Shown: positions 51,275 through 63,844 of the stretch, piece by piece
Numbering within the stretch: the stretch's first letter is position 1
Layout of the letters: each line of letters starts with the position of its first letter
DNA from: Octopus sinensis
Lineage: Eukaryota
DNA: 64,000 nt
Reading direction: 5' to 3'
NCBI RefSeq assembly: GCF_006345805.1
Contig: NC_042998.1
Coordinates: 49,290,001 to 49,354,000 of the forward strand
Made by a program: the position numbers and the translations under genes
The notes under the pieces: generated by a model
What the model saw: the letters and a program-made list of their open reading frames with translations, nothing else
Told to the model about the DNA's origin: nothing
Database searches by the model: none

Positions 51275-54200
51275 GGCCATGTGGCGAGAATGGATGAAGA
51301 TAGTTGTGTGAAAAAGTGCCACACCCTAGCTGTTGAGGGAACCTGTGGAAGAGGCAGACCTAGGAAAACCTGGGATGAGGTGGTGAAGCACGACCTTCGA
51401 ACTTTAGGTCTCACCAAGGAAATGACTAGAGACCGAGACCTTTGGAAGTATGTTGTGCGTGAGAAGACCCGGCAGGACAAGTGAGACCATAACTCATGGC
51501 CTCAGTCCACTTATTTATACCTTTCCTTCTTGGGACACAAAACTCTACTTGTGAAGACCTGTTGAGGCAAGTGAAAATCAAAATCAAAATCGATCAACAT
51601 GAATGGAAATTGTAGCTGTGATACCAGTGCCGGTGGCACATAAGAGAACCATCCGAACGTGGCCGTTGCCAGTGCCGCCCTGACTGGCTTCCGTGCCGGT
51701 GACATGTAAAAAGCACCATCCGATTATTGCCGTTTGCCAGCCTCGCCTGGCCTCCGTGCTGGTGGCACGTAAAAAGCACCATCCGATTGTGGCCGTTTTC
51801 CAGCCTGGCCTGGCCTCCATGCCGGTGGCACGTAAAAAGCACCCACTACACTCATGGAGTGGTTGGCGTTAGGAAGGGCATCCAGCCGTAGAAACATTGC
51901 CAGATCAGACTGGGCCTGGTGCAGCCTTCTGGCTTCCCAGACCCCAGTTGCACCGTCCAACCCATGCCAGCATGGAAAACGGATGCTAAACGATGATGAT
52001 GATGATATATATATATCTTTGGCTTTTGTTGACATGAAAAAAGCCTTTGACAGCTCCTCCCCTCTTTATCAGGCAGTCAGTATAGAAGCTAGGGATTGAT
52101 GAGTGGTGATGAGAGCTGTACAAGTCATGTACAGGGATGCTGTCAGTAAGGCAAAAGTCAGCAATGAGTTTAGTGTGTACAGGTAGGAGTTCACCAAGGA
52201 TTGGTTCCTCAGCCCCTTCTTGTTCATCATCATCCTCTAGATCATAACAGAAATTTAAGACTGGCTACCCTTGGGAACTCCTCTGTGCTGATCACCTTGT
52301 TCTTATAGCTGAATCACTACCAGAACTAGAGACAACATTTCAGGTGTGGAAGCAAGGGGTTTTAGAGTTAATTTAACAAAGACCAAAGTCCTAGTAAGTA
52401 GGAACACAGACAAATCACAAATCCCTTCAGGGAGATGGCCCTGCTCAATATGTAGAAAAGGTGTAGGTAGAAACTCTTTAAGGTGTATCTAATGCAAGTT
52501 TTGGATACATAAGTGGTGTAGCAGTGTCACAGGAAGGTTAACAGAGAAAGTAGTCTTCTGTGCAGCAAATATGCAGGTACAATAAACACTGAAAATGCAG
52601 GCAATATACTTCCTCAAATGCTCAGGGGGATCCTTAAAAGCAGTAGATAGCTTCTGTTACCAAGGTGACCAAGCTAACAACGGTGGAGGAAGTTCTGAAA
52701 GCATAGTTGCTAGAATAAGAATGGGCTGGGCAAAGTTTGGAGAGCTCTACATATGTTAGCAACAAAGGGTCTCTCCCTCAGAGTGAAGGGCAGATAGTAT
52801 TGCCTGTGTGTATGTACAGCTATGTTGCATGACAGTGAAATATAGACTGTGACTACAGAGGACTTGTGAAGGCTTGAAAGAAATGAAACTAGCATGCTCT
52901 ACTGGATGTGCTGGTGCCATATAAAAAGTGACTGTGCTGGTGCCACGTAAAAAGCACCTGTGCTGGTGCCACATAAAAAAACGTCTGTGTTGGTGCCACG
53001 TAAAAAGTGCTTGTGCTGGTGCCACATAAAATGCTTCTGCTGGCGTCATGTAAAATGCACTTTTACTGGTGTCATGTAAAAAGCGCCTTTGCTGGTGTCA
53101 TGTAAAAAATACCCAGTACACTCTGTAAAGTGGCTGGTGTTAGGAAAGGCATCCACCCATAGAAACCTTGCCAAAACCAAACAACTGGAGCCTGATGTAG
53201 CTCTCTGGCTTGCCAGCTCCTGTCAAACTGTCTAACTCATGCCAGCATTGAAAGTGGATGTTAAATAATGAATATAAGTACATCAACATCAAAATAAAAA
53301 TCAAATGGATATTGTAGTTGTGATACAGTGCCGGTGGCACGGGCCTCACAGAGGCAATGACGAAAGACCAAGACCTCTGAGATATACTGTAACTGCAAAA
53401 ACCAGACAAATGAAGTGAGTTCATGGCTCGCAGGATGGCCTGCTGTGCTAACATTGGATCGTAGGGTGACCTGCTGTGCTTGAGGGGACCTATTGAGTCA
53501 AGTATGTCAACATCAAAATAAAAATCAAATGGAAATTGTAGCTATGATACCAGTGCTGGTGGCACGTAAAAAGCACCATCCGAATGTGGCTGATGCCAGC
53601 GCCACCTGACTGGCGTCCGTATCAGTGACACGTAAAAAGCACCAACCAATCACGGCTGTTGCCAGCCTCCTCCGGCTCCTGTGCCAGTGGCATGAAAAAG
53701 CCCCCACTACACTTACGGAGTGGTTGGTGTTAAGAAAGGCATCCAGCTGTAGAAACACTGCCAGATCAGACTGGAGCCTGGTGCAGCCTCCTGGCTTCCC
53801 AGACCCCGATCGAACCGGCCAACCCATGCTTGCATGGAAAACGGATGTTAAACGATGATGATGATGATAATGATGATGAATGAGCAAAGCAAGAAAAAAA
53901 ACACAACTAAGAGAAGTTTTAACAAAAGTGTTATTACTTGAAAGACAAAAGGACTTTAACATTTCAGATGCTAGTCTTTCATCAGAAAAATGGGGAAGGC
54001 AGGAAGGTGGTGAAAGGAAAAGAAGGTAAAAGAAAAATGCTTAGGGACTAAGTGGGAATATAATACTGTGAAGAGGTTGGATGCTGTGTTCATGTATAGG
54101 AAAGTGTAAGGAGATGGCATAGGGGGAGGTTTGTGAGTGGTGTGGCATGTGGATGGATAGGAGAGAGTGGAGTTGAGCAAGACTGGGATAGGTGGTGTTA

Positions 54201-54332
54201 GGGAGGAAGGTGAATAGGAGGGAATGTGATATAGGTATGGCTGTGATTAGTGAATTCTTCACTTTTCTCTTTGCAGCAATTCCTTAGAACCACATTTTCT
54301 GACCTGCTAAAATGTATATGTATATATCTGTT

Positions 54333-54365
<33 letters not shown>

Positions 54366-57300
54366 ATCATCGTCATAATCATTTAATGTCCGTTTTCCAT
54401 GCTGATATGGGTTAGATGGTTCGACTGAAAACTGGTAAGCTGGAGGGCTGCACCAGGTTCCAGTCTGGTTTGGTTTCTACAGCTGGATGCCCTTGCTGAT
54501 GCCAACCATTTTACAGAGTGTACCGAGTACTTTTTATGTGTCACCAGCACCCACACCGGTACTTTTTACATAGCGCCTTGGTTTTAGGATTTCAATTCTG
54601 TTATTTGTGGTGGATGGGTCTTGTGAAGTACAGCAATGTGCCACATATCTCGGTCTCTTTTTATCTCCTTCGTAAGATTCAATGTTTTGAGATCAACCTT
54701 GTTTGAAATATAATGAAGTAATTTACATAATAGAATTCTATGAACTATGTACTCTATTCTTGTAGCTGGGTTGCTTGCTATCATGTTTACTAGTACAATA
54801 ATAGTGTACATAGTGAAGACTTTCACAAGGTTCATCACAATTTTTGTTTTTAACTAGTTTTTGCAGAAATGGAGGACATTACCCATTATCCTTTTCAGGA
54901 CCTCCAGGACTGGAAACTTGGCCCTATTGTTTTCAACGTAGTAGACTCATTAATGGCACTTAATATCCAAGTGGTGATGCTAAATCTGACTATAGATTAA
55001 GTCAACCATTAAAGAACAAGTAAAGTCTCAGACATACTTCTACATGGTTCTATCTGTCAAATTTTACTCTCAAGGCTTTGGTTGACCTGAAGCTGTGGAT
55101 CAAATTTGAAATTAGTTAAAAATCAGACTACTTAACCATATTGCCATACCTTATAATGAAGTCATACACCATTGGTACAACATCCCTATAAGTTTCTTTG
55201 AGATAAATCTCATTAAAGTCTTGGAAAACTGATCTTTCAGCTTTTCAGTTAATTTCTTTACTTTAGTTAAGCTCTGTGAGCAACCTATTAGCAATGGTAT
55301 TCCATTTGTAACCATCCAATTCCATTTTTGTCTTCTCAAATGTAGTGTATTTAAGTCTACATTTCCAGTTTGTTTTTGTTTTGGTTTTAAGATGTTGAGT
55401 GTAATTTGAGGGAGATTTGGCTGCATAGAAGCTTTCTTATTGATTCAAAATACTTATAAGGCAATATATATATATAAAGGATTGTCATGTTTCCTTCAAT
55501 ATAGCCCAGCCTATAATTATCATTCGTGGAATTTTATTTCCTATTCATTTCCATATTCTTAAATTATCATTTGTGGAGTTTTATTTCCTATTCATTCCCA
55601 TATTAATAAATTTTCATTCCTGGAATTTTATTTTCTGTTCATTTCCATATAAATAAATTGGTCAGAATGAAAAAATGCGAGAATAAATGTTGAAATTATA
55701 AAAAAAAAAAAAATTGTGAGAACAAAGAGTGTGCAAATAACTACTGGTGATTAAATAGTGTAATGATTAATAAAGGTAGTAGACAATCTTAGAACGCTAA
55801 AGAAGCGAGACTTTCTGTCAAAGTAGTTAGGTGTCTTTGTAATTTATGTTTTAGCAGAAGGAAACAAATTTTACAGATTCATTGAAAATTTGAATAAGAA
55901 GGTATATTAAATACAGTTTAAATGAAACACTTGTAAGTTCACAAACTTTTGGAGTTCTTTTAAAATTTGAATTTTCAACTGTTAGCAAATCCTCATTCAC
56001 ATCTAGTTCCAGTGCTGGACATTCAACATCCATGTTAGTGGGGCGCTAAGAGCACCATCTGAGCACGATCGTTGACAGAGCAGCTAACTGGCTTCCGTGC
56101 CGGTGGTACGTAAAAGGTACCACTTGAGCGAGATCGTTACCAGCGTCACCTTACTGGCATGTGAAAAAACATTTGAGCAAGGTCGTTGCCAGTACCGCCT
56201 GACTGGCCCTCGTGCCAGTGGCACATAAAAGCACCCGCTACACTCTCGGAGTGGGTGGCATTAGGAAGGACAGCCATCTGGTTCGCCAGTCCTCAGTCAA
56301 TTCGTCCAACACATGCTATCATGGAAAGCAGATGTTAAACGATGATTATGAGCCCCTGAGATAATGTCAAGAGGGTAAATGAGATTCAGTTTATATCTCT
56401 TGAAGTAAGCATACAGAGTTAAGGATTTGAATATTGGCATAGCAGAGGAAAAAATATTGAGCTGGATTACCTACTTGCTTTTTGTTCATCTGTTATAATA
56501 AATGTAAAATTCTGTCTGTCTGAGACCCCTACATCTCAGTCTAGATTTGCTCTACATAGACATATTATACCTTTTTTGGAATCAGGATGGTCCCAGGATT
56601 GAAAATCTGCTCTTCATTTGGTTGTTGAATGTCCAGCATTGGAACCAGGTGTAGATGAGGATTTATTGTTTGCTAACAGTTGAAAATTCAAATTTTAAAA
56701 GAACTCCAAAAGTTTGTGAACTTACAAGTGTTTCATTTAAAGTAATACCATATTGGTAGGGTAATAACATATTAACAGGGTAAGAATAAATGATTTATCA
56801 TTATTGCTCTCCTTAGTTTTGGATCACAGGTCCAATTAGCCCTCTGTAGGAGCTAGCTTAAAAGTTTGCAAGGAATGCGGCTTTTAAGCTGGTTAACAAT
56901 AAAACTGAGCAGAAAAATGGTAGAGGAAATCAAGATACTCTCCTAATTGCTATCACCTGTATTGACCAGACTATTGAATGTTGTTATACACTACTGATCA
57001 CAATGCATCTCTAATTCTTTCTTGGTGCTGGTGGCACGTAAAAAGCACCAACCGATTGTGACCGCTGCCAGCCTCCCCTGGCACCTGTGCCGGTGGCACG
57101 TAAAAAGCACCCACTACACTCACGGAGTGGCTGGTGTAGAAACACTGCCAGATCAGACTGGAGCCTGGTGCAGCCTCCTGGCTTCCCAGACCCCGGTTGA
57201 ACCATCCAACCTGTGCTAGCATGGAAAATGGACGTTAAATGATGATGATGATGATTGCACCCTCCTTTTCAATCTTGGTTCAAATCATTTAACTAAATCA

Positions 57301-60300
57301 CTTCTTTATTCTGTTGGCTTCACCATTGTTTTCTGCATTGAACTCTGTTTTTAGTATTAATCTAACTCTTCTATAGTATTCTTTCTTTATTTTCTTTCTC
57401 ATTTGTGTGTGTTGTATCATATCTAGTTCATTGATTCCTTAATATTTGTATGTCTGGCTTTGGACTAGTTCTCTTATTTCATTGGCTTTATTTAGTGTAA
57501 TGTTGCTACTCTTAACTAGTTTTCCCCTTTTCGAGGTTGCTTTGGCACATTTTTCTAAGCCAAATTTCATATCTATTTCTTTGGTAAATCCATGTACTGT
57601 TTATAGTAGTGTTTCCATCTGTTTATCATTTTAGTGTATAGCTTTAGGTCATCCATATATAAGAAGTGGCTGATTGTTTTGCTGTAGTATTTGTATCCGC
57701 ATCCAGTAAAGCGATGCAGATAACGATCACGCTTGAATGGTGTTTTTTACGTGCTGATCACTCTCGTATGGTACTCTTAGCGCTCCACTAGCACAGATAA
57801 TTTCATTTTTCTCTGAAACAACTTATATTTATTAGGTAGAAATTAAAGAGTGACAAATCTTTTAGAATCTGCTTTGATGTTGGATTAATTGTATTAATCT
57901 TACACCTAAGGAAAATATTTTCTCATTTCAGGAATCCCTCAAGAAGCTGCGTCTTATTGATGACAGGATTATCCATGCTTTAAATACTACAGTGCCTACA
58001 ATTACATTTGAAAAAGATACTAATGCAACAAATCAGTGTAAAGTATTATATGAAAATGTAAGTATGTATTAAAATCTTGTTTTGTTTGTTTTTTTAAAAA
58101 GCACCCACTACACTCTCGGAGTGGTTGGCGTTAGGAAGGGCATCCAGCTGTAGAAACTCTGCCAGATCAAGACTGGTGCCTGGTGCAGCCATCTGGTTCG
58201 CCAGCCCTCAGTCAAAATCGTCCAACCCATGCTAGCATGGAAAGCAGATGTTAAATGATGATGATGATGATGATGGAATGAAGAAATTCTTGATAAATTT
58301 TAAATGTGTCTTTTAATTTTTAAATTAAACAAAAATGAGCTAAGAGGGGTCAGTAGAATTTATATGGTCAATGTAGAAAAATACAGGTACATGAAAAATA
58401 ATCGTACAACATGAAATCTTGATTTATTAAAACTATGTCCACCTATGGGGGATATATCACAATTACTAAATGGAAATTAAGAACAACTTGATTTACGGAG
58501 GGGAGATAACCTCACAAATCAAAAATTCTCCAAAGTTGAAATGCCATTAAAAAAAAAAAGGACAGGATTATTGCCTAGAGATAAGGAGACAGATGTGGAC
58601 ATGTTTTTGCCATAATAGGCATCATGAGCATGACATTTGTTCTAACCTATCTTCAAGTGACATAGGCACATACAAAAAGAGTACAATACATTTGTGGTCT
58701 TGGTAATTTCATAAATCAAAGGCTGTTTATTTTCTGCTGACTCCAGCCTACGTTTCTGACTCATTCTTAGTTGGCTCATTGCCATAGGTCAACTTTAAGC
58801 ACCTATTATAAATGAAATTGATGTCTTATCTTATTGTACGCAGGCAAATTAACTTCATTTTGGAGTACTGGCGAATGAACTCCGGTGAATGTGTTATTTA
58901 ACATAACTTTTTATATATACTGCAAGTTAAGAATTTGCCTGAAAACGTATCATAGTTCACTGTAAGCTTGCACCAGTTATCAGCAAATAAAACTAGTTTG
59001 TTCTATGTTGCTCTGCCATGAATCTTGAAAACAAAAACGAGAAAAAAGGTCTTGGAATGGGTGGTAAAAAAATTGTAAAGACTTCTTATTTTAATGAACA
59101 CTTTTGGGTAAATGTGCCTTAAAAACTAGAAGCTTTAAAAAATAAGTCAGACAAAGCTAGTGATTTTTCAATATATCTTAGACCAATAAAATGGCAAAAA
59201 TTGCTTTTGTCTAAGGCATAATTAACAGCTTATTTCCCTCGTTTCTGTTTAACTTTGAACAGTTTATTTTTGTCATGAAATACCAAGATAGACTTTATGA
59301 ACATCATTCATTCTACCATTTATCTGCTTGGCTTCCGACTCTACAGTTTATACACTTATGAATTCTTTATTTATACATATATTAGCACAGGTATAAGTGT
59401 GTGGCAAGAAGATTGCTTCCTGACCTCATGGTTTCAGGTTCAGTTTCACTGAATGACACCTTGGGCAAGTGTTTTCTTCTGTAGTTTGGCTGACGGAAAC
59501 TGAAAGAAGCCTGTCATATGCCTTGACATTGTGTGATAGTTGTAAATGATTACCACTGTCATGCAAGCAGTGTCCTTTCTTTACAATCTTCCATGAAATC
59601 CTGTCTAGTCTGGGGAAATATTACTTGGAAACTGGCTAGGGTTCATGACAAGAGCATTCAGCTGTAGAAAGTCCACCTTGACAAATTCCATCCAACCCAT
59701 AGAAAAGTGGACATTAAGATGATGATGATGACACCTTTTCATTCCATCAGTCCAGTACAAATGTAGAAAAGGAGTTCCTGTTAAATGAGTAATCTACCAT
59801 CTGAGTTTATTCCATTTTTTTCTTCTTTTATCCCTGAAAATATTTCTAGAAATTATTCCTTGTGAAATATTTCATTTTATAGAAAACTTTTTAAAGTTTT
59901 ACTTGATGTGCAATAAGTTCCAGTTTTGTTGTTAGGGTTACTTGTAAAGTGTCTTTGTAAGAATGTAATAATGTAACTCAGCGTTTCTCAACCAGGGATC
60001 CCTGGAACCTTAGGGTTCTGTAAACAGTTCCTAGGGGTTTCTTGAGAAAGTGTGATACAAGCTAATGCTAATTTCATGGTCATAATATTACTATATATAC
60101 ACAACATATTATTGGTTATTGTAATATTGTAACATAGACATCATCCTATCTAAACTATTATGTTATCAAAAAAATATAACCAAATCATCATCATCATTGT
60201 TTAACATCTGCTTTCCATGCTGGCATGGGTTGGACGGTTTGACTCAGGCCTGGCGAGCCAGATGGCTGCACCAGGCTCCAATCTGATTTGGCAGAGTTTC

Positions 60301-63300
60301 TACAGTTGGATGCCCTTCCTAACGGCAACCACTCTGAGAGTGTAGTGGGTGCTTTTATGTGCCACTGGCACGGGGGCCAGTCAGGTGGTACTAGCAACAG
60401 CCATGCTCAAATGGTGTTTTTATGTGCTACCTGCACAGGAGCCAGTCTAGCAGCACTGGCAATGACCTTGCTCAAATGTTGGTGCCAGTAAGGTGACGCT
60501 GGTAATGATCACACTCGAATGGTGCATTTTATGTACTACCGGCATGGGAGCCAGTCAGCGGCCTTGGCAATGGTTATGCTCGGATAGTGCTCTTGGTGCT
60601 CCACTGGCACGGATGCTACTCATGTGGTGCTGTCATCGAATTTGATTTCGATTTTACTTGCCTCAACAGCTCTTCGCAAGCAGAGGAAAGGTATGCATAA
60701 GTGAGCTGGTTACACCACTGCCATAGGCCACAGGTTATGATCTCATTTGGCTTGCAAGGTCTTCTAAAGCACAGCATATTTCCAAAGGTCTCAGTCACTA
60801 GTCATTGCCTTGGTGAGGGCTAATGTTTGAAGATTGTGTTTCACCACCTCATCCCAGGTCTTCCTGGGTCAGCCTCTTCCACTGGTTCCTTCAACCGCTT
60901 CACACAACTATCCTCATCCATTGCTGATATTTTCAGCTGAGTGTACTGTGGCAACATGAAATGAAGTACCTTTGCTCAAGGATGTAATGTACTACCTAGC
61001 CTGCAAATTGAACTTATGCCCTAATGATTGTGAGCCTAATGTCTGGACCACTAAGCCATGTACATTAACTGATCTACCATCTGAGTTTATTCCTATTTTT
61101 TTTCTTTTATCCATGAAAATACTTGTAAAAATTATTCCTTCAGAAATATTTCATTTTGCAGAAAATGTTTTTCAAGTTTTACTTGATGTAGAATGGGCAG
61201 TGCCAGTTTTGTTGTTGTTGGGGTGGGGTATTCTTGTTGTTGTTGCAAAATGTCTTGGTAATAATAGTTTGCCTCAAGTCTGCTGTTCCATGAGGTTAGC
61301 ACTTATCTGAATTTTCAAAGCATTTAGGTCAACACTACAATACTCCTCTAGACAAGACAACAGTGTGTTGCTAAGTTTTTAGCTGAGTGTACTGTAGCAA
61401 CATGAAATGAAGTACCTTGCTCAAGGATGTAATGTGCTGGCTAGTCTGCGAATTGAACTTATGCCCTAATGATTGTGAACCTGATGTCCTAACTACTAAG
61501 CCATGTTCTTTAACTGATGCTTAAAATGCATTTATTTCTTAAACTTTATTCAGTCATGTTAGAAATTCCTTGGTTTTCTTTTATTTATTTTTTACTTGTT
61601 TTAATCATTGGATTGTGGCCATACTGGGGCACTAACTTGAAGGGTTTAATCAAACAAATTGACCTCAATACTTATTTATTCTATTGGTCTCATTTGCCAA
61701 ACTTCTGCTACAAGGATGTAAATGAACTAACACCAATTGTCAAGTATTGATGAAGAACAAACGCACGTATATATACATGATGGGCTTCCACACAGTTTCT
61801 ATCTACCAAATTTACTCACAAGGCATTGGCCAACCCAAGCTGTAGTAAAAGACATTTACCCAAGGTGTCGTGCAGTGGGACTGAACCCAAAACCACAAGG
61901 TTGCAAAATGAGTTTCTTAACCCCACAGCCATATATTTTTCCATGCTTGCATGGGGAGACTGGCTTATTTGTTGGGAGAGTAATTTTAGCTGCTGGAAGT
62001 CCTTTTTGCTAACCATTTAACTGTGAAGTAAGAGTTAAATGTCAGCAATATATGGTGTCTTGGAATCAGCAATGTTAGGTGTCTGGTTTCAAATTTTGGC
62101 ACAAGGCCAGCAATTTTGGGGGTGGGGTCTAGTTGATTATATTGGCTCCCTGTGTTCAACTGATGCTTATTTTATCAACTCTGAAAGGATGAAAGGCAAA
62201 GTTAATCTTGGCAGAATTTGAGCTCAGAACATACAAACGGACAAAATCCATTTTTCCCAGTGTGTTTCTGCCAGCTTGCCATCTTGTTCCTAATCTATAC
62301 ATAAAAAGCTGAAGTTGTCTGTGCGTGTGTGGCAGGTTTGGTAGCCTTCAACTAACACTATCTCCTCCGAGACCCTGCAGCACAAGTTGACCAAAATTGA
62401 AAGTATGATAGAAAAAGGCTTGCTCTTCATTCCGTAGAAGAAAAAATTCAAATTGGACTGTGTTAAGACCAAAAATTATTTACATCAAAAGGGTGCTTTT
62501 TTTTTTTCTATGAAAATCCCTATTTTTTACGATTTTTTTTACTGCTGTGTCACCATTTTTCAGTGTATTTCAACCAGAATAATGTTTACTTAAAGAGAAT
62601 AACAAGCTACATAATGCAAAATTTTTACTTTTCAAAAATTTCAATTCTAAAGGGTTGGAAAGAATTTTTTTGTGATGTCATTGGTTTTGAGCGAACGACG
62701 GATTTTCCTGTACTTTTTCTTAGTGAATAGTGTTGCAGTGTTAACTTCTTAATAGATTTTCAGTGCAGTTTGAAACTTGAGCTTCATTTTGCTTTAAATC
62801 TACGGGTAATTTTTTTTCTCCATAATCATCATCATCATCATCATTTAGCGTCCGTTTTCCATGCTAGCATGGGTTGGACGGTTCAACTGGGGTCTGTGAA
62901 GCTGGAAGGCTTCATCAGGCCCAGTCAGATCTGGCAGTGTTTCTACAGCTGGATGCCCTTCCTAACACCAACCACTCCGTGAGTGTAGTGGGTGCTTTTT
63001 ACATGCCACCCGCACAGGTGCCAGACAGAGCTGGCAAACGGCCATGAACGGATGGTGCTTTCTAATGTTAATAGAAGGAATATTAACCAACAATACCAAC
63101 AATTGAAGTCGGCATTACACATTGCAGCACATTCAGAGAAAACTTGAGCATTGCCACACTATACTTTTATTCATAGATTGAAACCATGTCAAAACTTCGT
63201 TAACGTGACATCAAAGTCTGCTGGTTTAAGCGCAACTAAAAAACAAACCTGAGCAACGCCGGGCTATACAGCTAGTATATATCAAAATTCAATAAATTTC

Positions 63301-63510
63301 CAGTTGAAATTTATAGAAAAATAGTTTCTTTTAGCTGATTGTTTTTTTCAAATTTATTTTCAGTTAATACAAGCTCATGATGACAGGAAATCTTCCATTC
63401 ACAACTGCATCAAGGTGATCTCGGATAATGTGAATATTTTAAAGGACCAGCGTTCAAATAATCCAGATAATTTAAATATATTAAAAGAACTTAGAAGAGT
63501 ACAAACAAAT
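48785..63510 (+). CDS. MIX23: MIX23 / CCDC58 (mitochondrial intermembrane-space import factor); 3'-partial
   Basis: Join of 48785-48838 (MATSSDLTITCDEFLLFQ), 57932-58057 (ESLKKLRLIDDRIIHALNTTVPTITFEKDTNATNQCKVLYEN) and 63364-63510 (LIQAHDDRKSSIHNCIKVISDNVNILKDQRSNNPDNLNILKELRRVQTN). All phase 0, GT-AG. Matches CCDC58/Mic17-family motifs C.EF..FQ, IDDRI.H.LNTT.PT, C..LY, R...I.NCI. Confidence 0.93.
50095..50310 (-). mobile_element. SINE-B, 8-bp TSD
   Basis: TSD cacctatt at 50087-50094 and 50311-50318. Older B-like fragments at about 31050-31170, 42905-42975 and 62040-62280. Confidence 0.85.
50798..51082 (-). mobile_element. Young RTE 3' tail
   Basis: Near-identical reverse complement of about 10430-10712, sharing the diagnostic gggcctgatgaagcc. 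Confidence 0.9.
51272..52006 (+). mobile_element. Young 5'-truncated RTE (last 70 codons, 3' UTR and tail) sitting in a (TA)n tract
   Basis: Encodes [46 protein letters not shown]...KTRQDK, almost identical to the C-terminus of the 8006-10099 ORF. Confidence 0.9.
52010..53880 (+). mobile_element. Decayed RTE RT fragment with two successive 3' tails (ending about 53270 and 53880)
   Basis: ttttgttgacatgaaaaaagcctttgac (FVDMKKAFD), Zn-finger remnant at 52430-52580, 26-27-bp array at 52910-53110. Confidence 0.8.
54365..54560 (-). mobile_element. RTE 3' tail fragment
   Basis: catcatcgtcat...tttaatgtccgttttccatgct...ggatgcccttgctgatgccaacc. Confidence 0.75.
55512..55655. repeat. Minisatellite, three units of about 47 bp
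   Basis: aaattatcatt.gtggaattttatttcctattcatttccatat repeated three times. Confidence 0.8.
55917..56741. repeat. Inverted repeat pair (55917-56027 and 56624-56741); the outer 73 bp are perfect
   Basis: tttaaatgaaacacttgtaagttcac...gttagcaaa versus its exact reverse complement ending at 56741. Confidence 0.9.
56030..56350 (+). mobile_element. RTE 3' UTR/tail fragment
   Basis: gtgccagtggcacataaaagcaccc...ggaaagcagatgttaaacgatgat. Confidence 0.75.
57020..57255 (+). mobile_element. RTE 3' tail fragment
   Basis: gtgccggtggcacgtaaaaagcaccc...ggacgttaaatgatgatgatg. Confidence 0.8.
57932..58057 (+). CDS. MIX23: MIX23 exon 2
   Basis: Acceptor tttcag, donor AAT|gtaagt; 126 nt. Confidence 0.95.
58097..58275 (+). 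mobile_element. RTE 3' tail fragment about 40 bp downstream of MIX23 exon 2
   Basis: aaaaagcacccactacactctcggagtggttggcgttaggaagggcatcc...(GAT)n. Confidence 0.85.
59791..61220 (+). repeat. Older direct duplication of about 145 bp: 59791-59935 and 61073-61220
   Basis: atctaccatctgagtttattcc...aagttttacttgatgt...ccagttttgttgtt in both copies. Confidence 0.75.
60185..60925 (-). mobile_element. RTE 3' ORF end plus 3' UTR
   Basis: (CAT)n at left; tcaccacctcatcccaggtcttcctgggtc is the reverse complement of [11 protein letters not shown]. Confidence 0.8.
60930..61520 (-). mobile_element. Two related heads of a third tRNA-like SINE (60930-61075 and 61376-61520)
   Basis: Reverse complement: catggcttagtagttagg...gttcaattcgcag...tccttgagcaaggtactt. 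Confidence 0.55.
61585..61935 (-). mobile_element. SINE-A
   Basis: Collinear with 518-911. Confidence 0.75.
62294..63275 (+). mobile_element. Non-autonomous Helitron with an RTE tail nested at about 62824-63062
   Basis: Begins A|TCTATACATAAAAG and ends gcaacgccggg...CTAG|T: 5' TC, 3' CTAG, subterminal GC hairpin remnant, inserted at an A-T dinucleotide with no TSD. Confidence 0.75.
63364..63510 (+). CDS. MIX23: MIX23 exon 3
   Basis: Acceptor ttttcag, donor AAT|gttagt; 147 nt. Confidence 0.92.
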
Positions 63511-63611
63511 GTTAGTATCATGATTTTAATTACATTTATTACATTCCTTTTAATTTGTTTTATCTTCCACACTTAGAATTTAAAAAAAAAGCAGGGTGGT
63601 TTCAATATGTT

Positions 63612-63805
63612 TACTCTTTTACTTGTTTCAGTAATTTGACTGGCCATGCTGGAGCACCGTTTTTAGCTGAGCAAATCAACCCGGGACTTATTCTTTGGAA
63701 GCCTAGTACTTATTCTCTCGGTTGCTTTTGCTGAACCACTAAGTTACGGGGATGTAAACACACCACCATCAGTTGTCAAGGATGTTGGGGAGATCAAACA
63801 CAAAC

Positions 63806-63844
<39 letters not shown>

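Noticed and set aside
50798-52006. Twin-priming 5' inversion of a single LINE
   Set aside because: Both segments carry their own tail, so they are two insertions.
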